NCBI GenBank assembly: GCA_965219955.1
Contig: OZ244799.1
Location: forward strand, 3,680,001 to 3,744,000
Reading direction: 5' to 3'
DNA: 64,000 nt
Source: a bacterium
GTDB taxonomy: Bacteria > UBA8248
Position numbers and translations under genes: made by a program. Positions 51,401 to 61,382 of this stretch are shown here, piece after piece. Below the pieces are notes generated by a model, which saw nothing but the letters and a program-made list of their open reading frames with translations, was not told where the DNA came from and made no database searches. Position 1 is the first letter of the stretch; each line of letters opens with the position of its first letter.

Positions 51401-51997
51401 ATGATTCGGCGTATCGCTCGGTGTGCGGCCGCGGCATGTCTGGCGGTTTTTGCGGCGCTCGCGTTTTCTCCGCATCAGGCGCAAGGCATGGAAAAGCAAG
51501 TCGTCTTCATCAAGGCGTTTTATCCCCTGGATGAGCCGAGGTTTCACTGCATCGACATCCCGGGGCACCGCGACCGCGTGAGAACCACAGCCGCCCTTCT
51601 CGTGCACACCTGCAAGGAGGGCATCTGGAACCTCGATGGGCAGTTCGACCCCGCCGCCGTGGGGAAGGGCCAGCTCCGGATGCCCGAATACGACTTGTGC
51701 GTCGCGGCTGCTGCGGCAACCGACGGCGCGAAGCTCGTGCTCGAAAAATGCGGCGGCGCGGCCCTCCAGAACTGGCGTTTCGAGAACTACCGCCTGAGCT
51801 TGAAGGCGCATCCGGACAAGTGCATCACCATCGGTCCCGAGCCGTCGCGCCTCACGCGGGGCGGGCGCAGGCTGCCGAGCCGCCACATGGCGCGCTCCCT
51901 GGCCCTCGGGACGTGTTCGGAAGATGCGCTCGAGAGACAGCTATGGCGGCTGGAAAAACCCATGCAGCGCACCGGCTCCATCATGCCCTTCAAGTAG
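51401..51997 (+). CDS. Secreted ricin-B (beta-trefoil) lectin-like protein
   Basis: Signal peptide; CIDIPG, LCV, QNW, KCIT, QLW repeats; AAGGAGG RBS. Confidence 0.8.
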   Translation: MIRRIARCAAAACLAVFAALAFSPHQAQGMEKQVVFIKAFYPLDEPRFHCIDIPGHRDRVRTTAALLVHTCKEGIWNLDGQFDPAAVGKGQLRMPEYDLCVAAAAATDGAKLVLEKCGGAALQNWRFENYRLSLKAHPDKCITIGPEPSRLTRGGRRLPSRHMARSLALGTCSEDALERQLWRLEKPMQRTGSIMPFK

Positions 51998-52033
51998 GGT
52001 GAGACGCCCCTGCAAATGGATGCCTGAATCGCC

Positions 52034-52290
52034 GTCATTCCGGCGCATGCCGGAATCTAGGCGGGCGGGAATGGAAAAAAGCTATCATTCGGCGCTCCGA
52101 TCCGAGCGGCGGAATTCTCTCGCCTCCAGGTTTTCGCATCGGCTCTGGATTCCGGCATGCGCCGGAATGACGAATCATAGCCACGCTCGTCATGTGGGAG
52201 AATTTCGACCGTAGGGGCGGCCCCCCGTGGCCGCCCGTATTGAGGGGGTGCGCTTCATCAGGACAGGCACAGGGGCCTGTCCCTGCCATA
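52034..52290. repeat. REP/BIME-like cluster
   Basis: Inverted GTCATTCCGGCGCATGCCGGAATC pair (52034, 52146); GTAGGGGCGGCCCCCCGTGGCCGCCC; GGACAGGCACAGGGGCCTGTCC. Confidence 0.8.
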
Positions 52291-52551
52291 TGATGCGAAG
52301 CTCATCATTCGTTAGGTTTTTCGATGTCACGACGAGGAGGACTCACGCCATGTTTTTCCGCAAAAACACGTCCACGAACAAACCATCTGCTTTCACGCCG
52401 GCGCCGCTCCTGGCGCTGGGGCCGGTGGGCTGCGGCGAGGCGTCTCGCGGGCGGGATTTCCTTGAGGACGCGTGCAATCGCTCCAGAAATTCTCCTCATA
52501 TAAGATGCGGCAAGAATTGCGCCGCTGGCGCATCTTCCTTTTTTTGTAGTC

Positions 52552-52730
52552 TTGACATATCCCATCTCATATCCCATCATTTTTGAAGCCACAAAAACTG
52601 CACGATCTCTGTTTGTTCTCTGAAGATGACGTTTTCTCTCCGCTGGGGAGCCAAACCACCTCTTCAATCGTGGTTTCTGTGGCGAAGAAGCCGAGTTGAT
52701 TCGTGGTCAGTTGAATCGCCTCTTCCCGCC
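52552..52730 (+). promoter_or_regulatory. Sixth promoter-leader unit, upstream of the autotransporter lipoprotein
   Basis: TTGACA 52552-57, 17 bp, CATCAT 52575-80; stem GCCACAAAAACTGCACGAT (52588) / ATCGTGGTTTCTGTGGC (52667-83). Confidence 0.7.
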
Positions 52731-52747
52731 ATCGAGGAGAAGGAACA

Positions 52748-55165
52748 GTGATCAAATCGAGAAGACAGCTTTACCGAAAAACATCTTTTTTGTTCATTTT
52801 ATTCTCACTTGCGTTATCCTTCGTCTTCGCGCTTTCGGGCTGCGGCGGAGGTGGCGGCGGCCCGACAACGGGCGCCCCGCCCGCCACGATGCCGGACCCA
52901 CCCGCCACGATGCCGGACCCGCCGGACGAGCCGCAAGCCCCGGAAATCGAACGGAGCCCGGTCGTGGTCGCGCCCCATCCCGTGCTCCCGGTGGGCGCGT
53001 CGCTCCCGAGGGAGGACGTATATCTCTCCACGCGGCCGGGCGTGCGGCAGCGTGTCCTGCTCGCCAGGACGGCGAACGCAGGCGCAAAGGCCGTCATCCT
53101 CTTCACGGGCGGCGACGGAACGCCGATTACGGTCCCGCAGAATGGAGGCATCCGCCTCACCGGCAATTTCCTGGTGAGAAGCTCAGCGCTCTTCGCCGAA
53201 GCGGGCTTCATCACCGCGGTCGTCGAATTGCCCCTGGACACGTCGTCCGTGAACCGCAGCGTGAGCAACGCTTACAGGCAATCGCCGATGCACCACACGG
53301 ACATACGCGCCGTGGTGGATTTTCTGGTGAGCGAGGGCGCGCGCGAGGTGTACCTCATCGGCACGAGCCGGGGCACGCTGTCCGTCGCGTATCTGGCGAC
53401 CGTGATGGCGCACCCGAACGTCAGTGGCTACGTTCTCACGGCGACCCTGGCCGAGAACCCGCAGGCCGTCCGGTCTTATGCGCCTCGCATTACGGACCCC
53501 GTCCTGATGGTGCATCACACGGACGACGGTTGCCATGTCACGAGATACGCCGACGCCCAGGCCATATTCGATTCCATTCCGGCGGGCACGCGCAAGGAGT
53601 TCATCTCCGTGAGCGGAGGGAGTCCGCCGATAGACACGAATCCCTGCCAGGCGCGGGCGCAGCACGGGTTCCTGGGCAAGGAGCATGAGGCGGTGGGAGG
53701 CATCGTCGAGTGGATGAACACGGGAACTGTGACGGAGACGAACCTGCTCACGGCGGATGACGCGGCCGCACCGCAGGAGGCGTGGCTCGCGCGCTTCGGG
53801 CGCGCGGCGGCGGAGCACGTCACCGGGGCTATCGAAGACCGGCTGCGCGGAACGCCGAGCTCGCGTCTCACGCTCGGCGGTCAGGATATCGATCTGGCAG
53901 GCTCCCCCCTTCCGCTGGCGGACGCAGATTCCGGTGCGCGACTCGCCGAAGGCATATTCGATGAGCGCAGCGGGGAGGCTTTCGCGGGACGCGAGATGTC
54001 GATGAGCGAGTTGCTGCTGGCGAGTTCCTTTCACCTGGCCTCCGCTGAGGGAGAGGACGCCGGCGGGGGCTGGTCGTTCTGGGGCGGCGCGGCGCGCTCG
54101 GGCTTCGACGCGAAAGAGGGCGCGCTCGCGCTCGACGGCGACGTCACGACCGCCACGCTGGGCTTCGATTTCGAGCGCGAGCGGTGGCTGGCCGGCGTGG
54201 CGCTCTCGCGCAGCGCGGGCGAGGGTGAGTTCCGCATCGGCGGCAACTGCGCTTCGGGCTGCGGCGGCGATCTGGAGAGCACGCTCACCGGCGCCTATCC
54301 CTATGCGCGCTATCGCTTCAGCGAGCGCCTCTCGGCCTGGGGAATGCTAGGCCACGGGCGCGGCGAGTTGACGCTCACCACGGGGGGAGGGAGTCCCGCC
54401 GAGACCGACATCGAGATGAACATGGCGTCGCTGGGCGCGCGCGGCGTGCTGCTGCCCGCTTTGAGCAAGGGAGATTTCGAACTAGCCGTTCGCTCGGACG
54501 CGCTGATGACGTGGACGAGTTCCGATGAGACGGAAAGTCTCGCCGAGGCCGAAGCGGAGACGAGCCGCCTGAGGCTCACGCTCGAAGCCTCGCGTGAGAT
54601 CGGGCTCGACTCGGGCGCGAGTCTCACGCCCTCGCTGGAAGTGGGCTTGCGCTACGACGGGGGCGACGCCGAGACGGGAGCCGGCGTCGAGGTCGGCGGC
54701 GGGCTTCGCTACGCGGGTTCGGGCTTCACGGTACGGGTGAACGCCCGCGGCCTGCTCGCGCATGCCGACAGCGATTATGAGGAGTGGGGCGTGAGCGGCT
54801 CGGTGCGCCTCGCTCCGGGCGAGGGGGGGCGCGGCTTGTCCATGCGGCTGGGTTCGTCCTGGGGCGCCCCGGCGGGTGGAGCGAACGGGCTCTGGAGCGG
54901 GCGCAGCGCGGTGGGGCTGCTCAAGAGCGGAGAATTCGACCCGGGCGCGCGCCTCGACGCGGAGGTGGGCTACGGTCTGGACGGCATGGGCGGCCTCCTC
55001 ACCCCCTACGGCGGCGTGTCGGTCTCGGAAGCGGCGCAGAGCTACCGCGCGGGCGGACGCTTCCGTCTCGGGGAGCGTTTGAGCATGAGCCTGGAGGGCG
55101 AGCGCCGCGAAGGTGCGAATGTCGTCGACCACGGCCTGGCGCTTCACGGCTCCCTGCGCTGGTAG
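52748..55165 (+). CDS. Lipoprotein with alpha/beta hydrolase passenger and C-terminal autotransporter-like beta-domain
   Basis: LSGC lipobox; GTSRG nucleophile elbow, HH.DDGC, HGFLG; WLARFGR linker; TPSLEVGLRYDGGDAETG; terminal LRW. Confidence 0.85.
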   Translation: MIKSRRQLYRKTSFLFILFSLALSFVFALSGCGGGGGGPTTGAPPATMPDPPATMPDPPDEPQAPEIERSPVVVAPHPVLPVGASLPREDVYLSTRPGVRQRVLLARTANAGAKAVILFTGGDGTPITVPQNGGIRLTGNFLVRSSALFAEAGFITAVVELPLDTSSVNRSVSNAYRQSPMHHTDIRAVVDFLVSEGAREVYLIGTSRGTLSVAYLATVMAHPNVSGYVLTATLAENPQAVRSYAPRITDPVLMVHHTDDGCHVTRYADAQAIFDSIPAGTRKEFISVSGGSPPIDTNPCQARAQHGFLGKEHEAVGGIVEWMNTGTVTETNLLTADDAAAPQEAWLARFGRAAAEHVTGAIEDRLRGTPSSRLTLGGQDIDLAGSPLPLADADSGARLAEGIFDERSGEAFAGREMSMSELLLASSFHLASAEGEDAGGGWSFWGGAARSGFDAKEGALALDGDVTTATLGFDFERERWLAGVALSRSAGEGEFRIGGNCASGCGGDLESTLTGAYPYARYRFSERLSAWGMLGHGRGELTLTTGGGSPAETDIEMNMASLGARGVLLPALSKGDFELAVRSDALMTWTSSDETESLAEAEAETSRLRLTLEASREIGLDSGASLTPSLEVGLRYDGGDAETGAGVEVGGGLRYAGSGFTVRVNARGLLAHADSDYEEWGVSGSVRLAPGEGGRGLSMRLGSSWGAPAGGANGLWSGRSAVGLLKSGEFDPGARLDAEVGYGLDGMGGLLTPYGGVSVSEAAQSYRAGGRFRLGERLSMSLEGERREGANVVDHGLALHGSLRW

Positions 55166-55189
55166 GTCGATTCCGATCGGGGGAGGGAT

Positions 55190-55700
55190 AATTGAAAAAG
55201 CCCGTGAGTGGGTTGTTGAAAACCCCTCGTCAGGGAGGGCATCCCGATCATCGAATGGTTTCCCGTAGGGACAGGTCGCGACCTGTCCCTACAAAACCAC
55301 CGCGCCAGTCCGTAATCACTCCCCCCTTGAGGGGGAGTCGAAGAGCTAAGGGCGTAAGCCCGCAAGCGATTCGGTGGGGGGTATAATTCGGAATGGCGAT
55401 AAAACGCGATTCACCCCCCACCGATTCAGCCTTCGCACAAACCGCTCGGCTTCATCGACTCCCCCTCAAGGGGGGAGTGATACCTCTCTCGTCGGGGTGT
55501 TGCTTCTTCATACCCCCCTGACAAGGGGGGGTAGGGGGGGTTGCCTTTCGACGAGAGAAGTCGGCGAGGGCCGTATCGAGGGACGCCCCGTAGGGACAGG
55601 CCTCCGTGCCTGTCCCTACGGCAACCATCCCGCAAAGGACAACCACGGAGGGTTGTCCCTACCGTTACCCCTGCCGAATCGCCGGAATGACGATCCTGAA
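55190..55700. repeat. REP/BIME-like mosaic cluster between convergent genes
   Basis: GTAGGGACAGGTCGCGACCTGTCCCTAC; inverted TCACTCCCCCCTTGAGGGGGAGTCGA pair; CCCCCCTGACAAGGGGGG; GTAGGGACAGGCCTCCGTGCCTGTCCCTAC. Confidence 0.85.
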
Positions 55701-55729
55701 CTCACGCGTATACCGAGGGCGGCCCCTCC

Positions 55730-56554
55730 CTACTTCTTCTCCGCCGAGATGAGCCTCGCCTGCATGGGCACTTGAATAACGCCCCCGCTCTCGTACTCGC
55801 GCAGCATGTCGAGCAGCGCTTCGCGTATCTTATCTCTGGCTTCGGGCGTCTGGGAGGCGAGGCGCGAGGCCGTGCGCACGGTGGATTTCTCGAAGACCTC
55901 GATGATGCGGGCCGGCTCTTGCGCTTCCATATAGAGGGTGAAGCCTGTGATCTCGGGCGCGGTGAAGCCCGCCGCCGTCATGACGCGCGCGCATTTTTCA
56001 TCGTCTTCCAGGAAGGGTTCGGGCGGGCCGGCCACGAGGGGGACGTCCGGGTCGCCGTGCTCTTTAATCGCCCGCGCCATCAGCGACCGGTGCCCCGCGT
56101 CGTGCGTCCAGGCGGTGAAGGCGAGTTTTCCTCCCGATTTTAATACCCTCGTGGTCTCGGCCAGCGCGACTTCCGGATACGGGAAGTGCAGGAAGCCGAA
56201 GTTGCTCGCCACGGCGTCGAAGCGCTCGTCTTCAAACGGCATATCCTCCGCGTCGCAGTGCCGGAACTCCGCCCCCGGCCAGCGGCGCGCCGCCTCGGCC
56301 AGCATGTCCGGGGCGAAATCCGCCCCCACCACCGTGCAGCCGCGCATGAGCGCGCCCGCAGAGACGACCCCCGTCCCGCAGGCCAGGTCGAGCAGGCGCG
56401 TGCCGAAGCGCGCGTCCACGGCGTCGAGCAACAACCCGACCGCCTGCCCGGTAATGACGCCGAACAGATCGGCGTATTCCCCCGCCGCGCCGTTCCAGCC
56501 CGAGCGCTCGAACTCGCGGAAGGCCTCGGGGTCGTACCCGGATGTCTCATTCAT
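55730..56554 (-). CDS. Class I SAM-dependent methyltransferase
   Basis: LLDLACGTG, DAEDMPFEDERFD, RVLKSGG. Confidence 0.9.
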   Translation of the reverse strand: MNETSGYDPEAFREFERSGWNGAAGEYADLFGVITGQAVGLLLDAVDARFGTRLLDLACGTGVVSAGALMRGCTVVGADFAPDMLAEAARRWPGAEFRHCDAEDMPFEDERFDAVASNFGFLHFPYPEVALAETTRVLKSGGKLAFTAWTHDAGHRSLMARAIKEHGDPDVPLVAGPPEPFLEDDEKCARVMTAAGFTAPEITGFTLYMEAQEPARIIEVFEKSTVRTASRLASQTPEARDKIREALLDMLREYESGGVIQVPMQARLISAEKK

Positions 56555-56557
56555 CTC

Positions 56558-57988
56558 TCATCTCCCAGGTGCTGTGCTTGCGTCCGCCGCGACGCCGCGC
56601 GCCACGAGGTCCACGCCGTCCGTGCCGATGATCTCGCACGCGATGATCTCCCCAGGCTCCGCTTCCGTCTCGTGCAGGAATACCTCGCCGTCCACTTCCG
56701 GGGCCTGGAGCCGCGTGCGCCCGCGCAGCAGGCCCTCGCCCGTCAGGTTCTCGACGAGCACCTGCGCCTTCTGGCCGATGAGCGCTTCGTTGTCCTCGGC
56801 CATGATGCGCTCCTGGAGCGCGAGCAGGCGCGCCATGCGCTCGCGCGCGAGTTCGGCGGGCACCTGATCGGGCAGGCGCGCTGCGAGCGAGCGGTCCTCG
56901 GGCGAGAAGACGAAGCCGCCCAGCCGGGCGAAGCGCGTCTCCTCGACGAAGTCGAGCAGGCGTTCGAAGTCCGCATCCGTCTCTCCCGGAAAGCCGACGA
57001 GCATGGTGGTCCTGAGCGCGCAGCCGGGAACGCGCTCCTTGATGCGCGCTACGAGTCCGCGCGTTCCTTCTTCATCTATGCCCCGCCGCATGGCGTCGAG
57101 CACGGGCGTGGCGACGTGCTGGAGCGGCATGTCGATGTACTCGCACACCTTCGGCAATTCGCGGTAGGCGTCGAGCAGCTCGTCCGTCACCCCGCGCGGG
57201 TAGTTGTAGAGCACGCGGATCCAGTCGAGGCCGTCCACCTCGTTCAACGCCTCAAGCAGCCGCGCGAGGGAGAAGCCCAATCCCAGGTCGACGCCGTAGC
57301 TCGTGATCTCCTGCGCGAGCAGGTTCACTTCCCGAACGCCCGCCTCGGCGAGCGCGCCCGCTTCTTCCACCACCAGGTCGAGCGGTCGCGAGCGGAACCT
57401 GCCGCGGAACCTGGGGATCACGCAGAAGGTGCAGGGCCGCGAGCAGCCCTCGGCGACTTTGAGATACGCGCTCGGCCCCGGCTCCGCGAGGATGCGCGGC
57501 AGCCGCCTGCCGTAGTCCATCAGGGTGTCCGAGAACGCCTCGCGCGCCCCGCCGCGCTCCCCGCTCAGGAGCGCGGGGAGTTGGTCGTACTCGCGCGTCC
57601 CGATGAACAGGTCCACCTCGGGCAGGCCCTGGGCGAGTTCCCCCCGGTAGCGCTCGGCCAGACAGCCCGCCACCACCAGGGTTTCGAGGTCGCCCGCCTG
57701 CTTCAGCTGGGCGATTTCGAGAATCGTATCGATGGATTCGCGCTTCGCGTCCTCGATGAACCCGCACGTGTTGACGATGGCGACCTGGGCGTCCTCGGCG
57801 TCGCTCACGAGGCGGTAGCCCGCGCCCGCGAGGGCGGCGAGCATGATTTCGGAATCCACCGTGTTCTTGGCGCAGCCGAGCGATATGAGCGCAGCGCCGG
57901 GCGCTTCGGGCCCCATCGGTACGGGCGCGTCACGCCGCACGAGGGGCATCTCGGAGATGGGCTGGATTTGCAGGAGGTTTTCGCTCAT
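56558..57988 (-). CDS. rimO: Ribosomal protein S12 methylthiotransferase
   Basis: SLGCAKNTVDSE, NTCGFI, AYLKVAEGCSRPCTFCVIP, LRTT.LVGFPGET, QAPEVDG (TRAM). Confidence 0.95.
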   Translation of the reverse strand: MSENLLQIQPISEMPLVRRDAPVPMGPEAPGAALISLGCAKNTVDSEIMLAALAGAGYRLVSDAEDAQVAIVNTCGFIEDAKRESIDTILEIAQLKQAGDLETLVVAGCLAERYRGELAQGLPEVDLFIGTREYDQLPALLSGERGGAREAFSDTLMDYGRRLPRILAEPGPSAYLKVAEGCSRPCTFCVIPRFRGRFRSRPLDLVVEEAGALAEAGVREVNLLAQEITSYGVDLGLGFSLARLLEALNEVDGLDWIRVLYNYPRGVTDELLDAYRELPKVCEYIDMPLQHVATPVLDAMRRGIDEEGTRGLVARIKERVPGCALRTTMLVGFPGETDADFERLLDFVEETRFARLGGFVFSPEDRSLAARLPDQVPAELARERMARLLALQERIMAEDNEALIGQKAQVLVENLTGEGLLRGRTRLQAPEVDGEVFLHETEAEPGEIIACEIIGTDGVDLVARGVAADASTAPGR

Positions 57989-59310
57989 CGCGCTGCCCCC
58001 GCCTTCGAACCCTTGGGGTCGATGTGCCATTCCTCTTTGGGGCGGTTGAAATAGCGGATGGCCACGTCAGGCAGTTCTTCGCGGTAGACCTCCAGCATCC
58101 GCGCCATGCCCATCGCCTCGCCCATCTCCCCGATATCGGGCAGGGTATCGAGGTAGAGCGCGGGGTCGATGCAGAGGTTCTTCATCTGGATCACGTGCAG
58201 TCCCGTCCGCGCGGCGAAGGCGAGGGCCGCCTCGACCTCGGCTTCCAGGTCCGTGACGCCGGGGAAGACCAGGTAGTTGATCTGCGTGTAAAGGCCTGCG
58301 TCGACGGCGGCCTTCACGCAGTCTTCCACGTCGGAGAAGTCATACGTCTCGGGCCGGTAGTAGGCGCCGTGCCACTCGGGCGTCGCGCTGTTCGTGCTGA
58401 TCCGGATGCTCTCGAGACCCGCCGCCGCCAGTCTGCCCATCCATTCGGGCCGGCTGCCGTTCGTGTTCAGGTGCAGGGTGCCGCGCTCCGTCCGCTCGCG
58501 GATGAGGCGGCAGGCGCGCTCGATGACGCCCGCCTGGAGAAGCGGCTCCCCCTCGCAGCCCTGGCCGAAACTCGCGACGGCCATCTCTGCGCTATCGAGG
58601 TGGGGGACGGCGATCTCCGAGAGTTCCTCCGGCGTCGGGACGACTTTGATGCGCCGGTGGCTCGCCGGGAAGAGGTCGTCCGTCTGGAGCGATATGCACC
58701 CCCGGCAGTCCGCGTTGCAGAGCGGAGCGATCGGAAGCCCCATCTCCCATCTTTGGGCGAAGAAGTTTTTCGCGGCGAAGCAGTGGAACTCACGCGCGCA
58801 GCGTTCGAGGTGGGGGATCATCCGGTTTTCGGGGTGGGCGTCGCGCATCCGCTCGATCCGTCCGGGGAGGCCCGTGTCGTCGTACTGCTCGGGCTCCCAG
58901 CGCGGGCAGTCGTCGACCTGTACGGCGGCGCAGACGAACCCGCCGCTTTCTTCATCGAAGCCGAGCGCCGTGTAGGCCCAGAGCGGGAGCACCGCCGCGC
59001 CGGGGGTTCTTTCCGAGAAGGGGAGCAGGGTGCGCATCCAGCCTGGGGAGGGGAACGTGCAGGCGGCCTGCAGAGCTACCGGGCCGTCGCCCCAGTCCGC
59101 TTCCTCCACGCTCACGAGCGCGTCCTCTTCAGGGTCGCCGCCCACGGGCGTGCTGTCAGGTATCGTGAAGAACTTGCTCCCCGCCGGGAGGGGCGAGAGT
59201 TCAGAGGGATCGGGGGCCACGGGTTCGGCCCCGAGCGCGCCCACCATCTCGAACTCGGGGTGTTCGAACAGGTTGCCCCCGGCGTCCGCGACCACCATCA
59301 ACGGGCGCAT
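57985..59310 (-). CDS. Radical SAM protein
   Basis: CNADCRGC, SFGQGCEGEP, LNTNGS; ATGA overlap with rimO. Confidence 0.9.
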   Translation of the reverse strand: MRPLMVVADAGGNLFEHPEFEMVGALGAEPVAPDPSELSPLPAGSKFFTIPDSTPVGGDPEEDALVSVEEADWGDGPVALQAACTFPSPGWMRTLLPFSERTPGAAVLPLWAYTALGFDEESGGFVCAAVQVDDCPRWEPEQYDDTGLPGRIERMRDAHPENRMIPHLERCAREFHCFAAKNFFAQRWEMGLPIAPLCNADCRGCISLQTDDLFPASHRRIKVVPTPEELSEIAVPHLDSAEMAVASFGQGCEGEPLLQAGVIERACRLIRERTERGTLHLNTNGSRPEWMGRLAAAGLESIRISTNSATPEWHGAYYRPETYDFSDVEDCVKAAVDAGLYTQINYLVFPGVTDLEAEVEAALAFAARTGLHVIQMKNLCIDPALYLDTLPDIGEMGEAMGMARMLEVYREELPDVAIRYFNRPKEEWHIDPKGSKAGAAR

Positions 59311-59603
59311 GAGCGGGATGCTCCGGGAGTTGGGCGCGGAGTCCGCCCGGGAGTTTGAGTCGCCGGAACGGTGGCGCGTGAATAAAGCATGGGTTCCCGT
59401 CTCCAGAAAAGAGGAGCGCTTATGTGAGATTCCGCCTCCTCGCACAGAGACCATAACCTAGCAGAACTCCCCCTCCCCCCGCCAGCTTGCGGCCCTTGCC
59501 AGCGGCCCCCGGTTTCGCAATACTTGAAGCCTCTCCCCGTTCATGGGTCGGGGAATTCTTTTCCAAAGACAAATCGCGATCCAGCGAGTGGAGGTGCGCC
59601 CAC

Positions 59604-60434
59604 GTGAGTCCCGAAGAACAACTTTCCCGAGTCGCTCTGGTGAAATCCGAATCCGAGCGTCTCTCGGCCTACTGGCGCGGTTTTTCGGACGCGCGCTGGG
59701 AGGTGGAGACGTTCTGCCCCGGCTGGCAGGCGCAGCACGCCGTCTCCCATCTGGCGACGGGGGCGGATTTTTACACGAACTCGATACGCAGGGCGCTGGA
59801 AGGGTTGCCGCCCGAACCGCCCTACGGCAGCAACGTGAAGGAGTTCTTCGCCATCCGCGCCGCCAGGGGCGATGAACTCATGGCCCTGCCCAGGAACGAA
59901 ATGATGGACGCGTTCGACGCCTCGGCCGCCGAAGTGAACGAGGCGCTCGCGGAGGTCACCGTGGACGACATCACCAAGCTCGGCTTTCACCCCCGGGGGC
60001 TGACGCGGCTCGACGCCTGGATCGGGCTGCGCCTCGTCGAACTCGTGGCGCACGACTGGGACATCCGCTACGGGGAAGACGCGGGAGCAGGCGTCTCCGA
60101 AGACGCCCTGGAGGGCGTCATGAGCTTCCTCCCCGCGAGCCAGAGCCGCCTGTTCGGCGTCCGCGAGAACCCGCCCTTCGACGGGCGTTTTCTCTTCCGC
60201 TCGAAGGCGCCGGACCGGGAGTGGACGATCACCGTCGCCGGTGAGAAGGCGGAGGAATCCGCCCACACGTCCGGCGCGCACGACGCCATAATCACCGCGG
60301 ACGCGGAAGCGCACTTTCTCCTGCTCTACGGGCGCGCGAAGCGCGGCGCCATGGAGGACGCGGGCCGCCTGGAGGTCGAGGGGAACGCGGAACTGGCGAA
60401 CGAACTTTTATGCGTTTTATATACGAATTATTGA
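59604..60434 (+). CDS. Maleylpyruvate isomerase-like (MDMPI/DinB-fold) protein with SCP2-like C-terminus
   Basis: T.CPGW...HAVSHL, ELVAHDWDI; GGAGG RBS before GTG 59604. Confidence 0.8.
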   Translation: MSPEEQLSRVALVKSESERLSAYWRGFSDARWEVETFCPGWQAQHAVSHLATGADFYTNSIRRALEGLPPEPPYGSNVKEFFAIRAARGDELMALPRNEMMDAFDASAAEVNEALAEVTVDDITKLGFHPRGLTRLDAWIGLRLVELVAHDWDIRYGEDAGAGVSEDALEGVMSFLPASQSRLFGVRENPPFDGRFLFRSKAPDREWTITVAGEKAEESAHTSGAHDAIITADAEAHFLLLYGRAKRGAMEDAGRLEVEGNAELANELLCVLYTNY

Positions 60435-60456
60435 TCTCTAAAGGAGAAAACCCTTC

Positions 60457-61350
60457 ATGCCACCGATCACGAAAGTAGACGGGGACGTCTATTACCCCGG
60501 CAGCAGGACGCGCATCGACGCCATGCGTCCGGCCGACCCGGCGAAAACGCCCTGGACGCCGCTGCCCAAGCCGCTCTCCGAATGCAAGGTCACCCTCGTC
60601 TCCACGGCGGGAATCTTCATGAAAGGAGACGTTTCCTTCGACTACGAGCGCGAGTGGCGCGAGCCGCACTGGGGCGACCCCACCCACCGCGAGATTCCGA
60701 AAACGGCCGCGCAGGACGACTGCGAATACTCGCACCTGCACATCAACACCGAGTACCTGGAACGGGACAGGAACGTGTCGTTCCCCGTCGATATCTTCCT
60801 GGACTACGAGCGCGAGGGGAAGATCGGCGCGCTCGCCGAGACGCTCTACTCCACGATGGGCTACACGCCCAACTTCCATCCCCTGCTGAAGAAGACGGCC
60901 CCCCTCATGGCCGAGAAGATGCACGCGGAGGACGTGGACGCGGCGTTTCTCATCCCCGTCTGACCGCTCTGCATGCGGTCCGTGAGCCTGCTGCAGAGAA
61001 GACTGGAAGAGTTGGGAATCGCCACCGTCTCGATATGCAACCAGCCCGTGGTGTCGGAGAAAGTCTGCGTGCCGAGGGCGGTCTTCATCCAGTATCCCTT
61101 CGGGCGCATGCTGGGGGACGTGGGCGACAGAATTGGCCAGCGCGCGGTGTGCGACGACATGTGCGCGCATCTCGAGGCGGCCGGGGGACCGAACGCCTAT
61201 AAGCATCTATCCCACGAGTGGCCCGAGCCGCCCGAGGAAACGCAGTGGCATCCTCTCACGCCCGCGCCCATGCACGTGCTTCGCAACAACGGCACGGCGC
61301 CCAAGGGCCTCGCGCACTACCAGGACGACGAACGGCCCGATTTGACTTGA
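60457..61350 (+). CDS. GrdB/PrdB-like reductase selenoprotein (in-frame UGA 60961-60963, UxxC)
   Basis: PLSECKVTLVSTAG, D.NVSFPVD, VDAAFLIPV-TGA-PLC..SVSLLQR.LEELGIATV, VPRAVF..YPFG; the two track ORFs are in the same frame. Confidence 0.85.
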
Positions 61351-61382
61351 GGCCCCGTCGTCATCCCGGTGCGTGCGATAAT

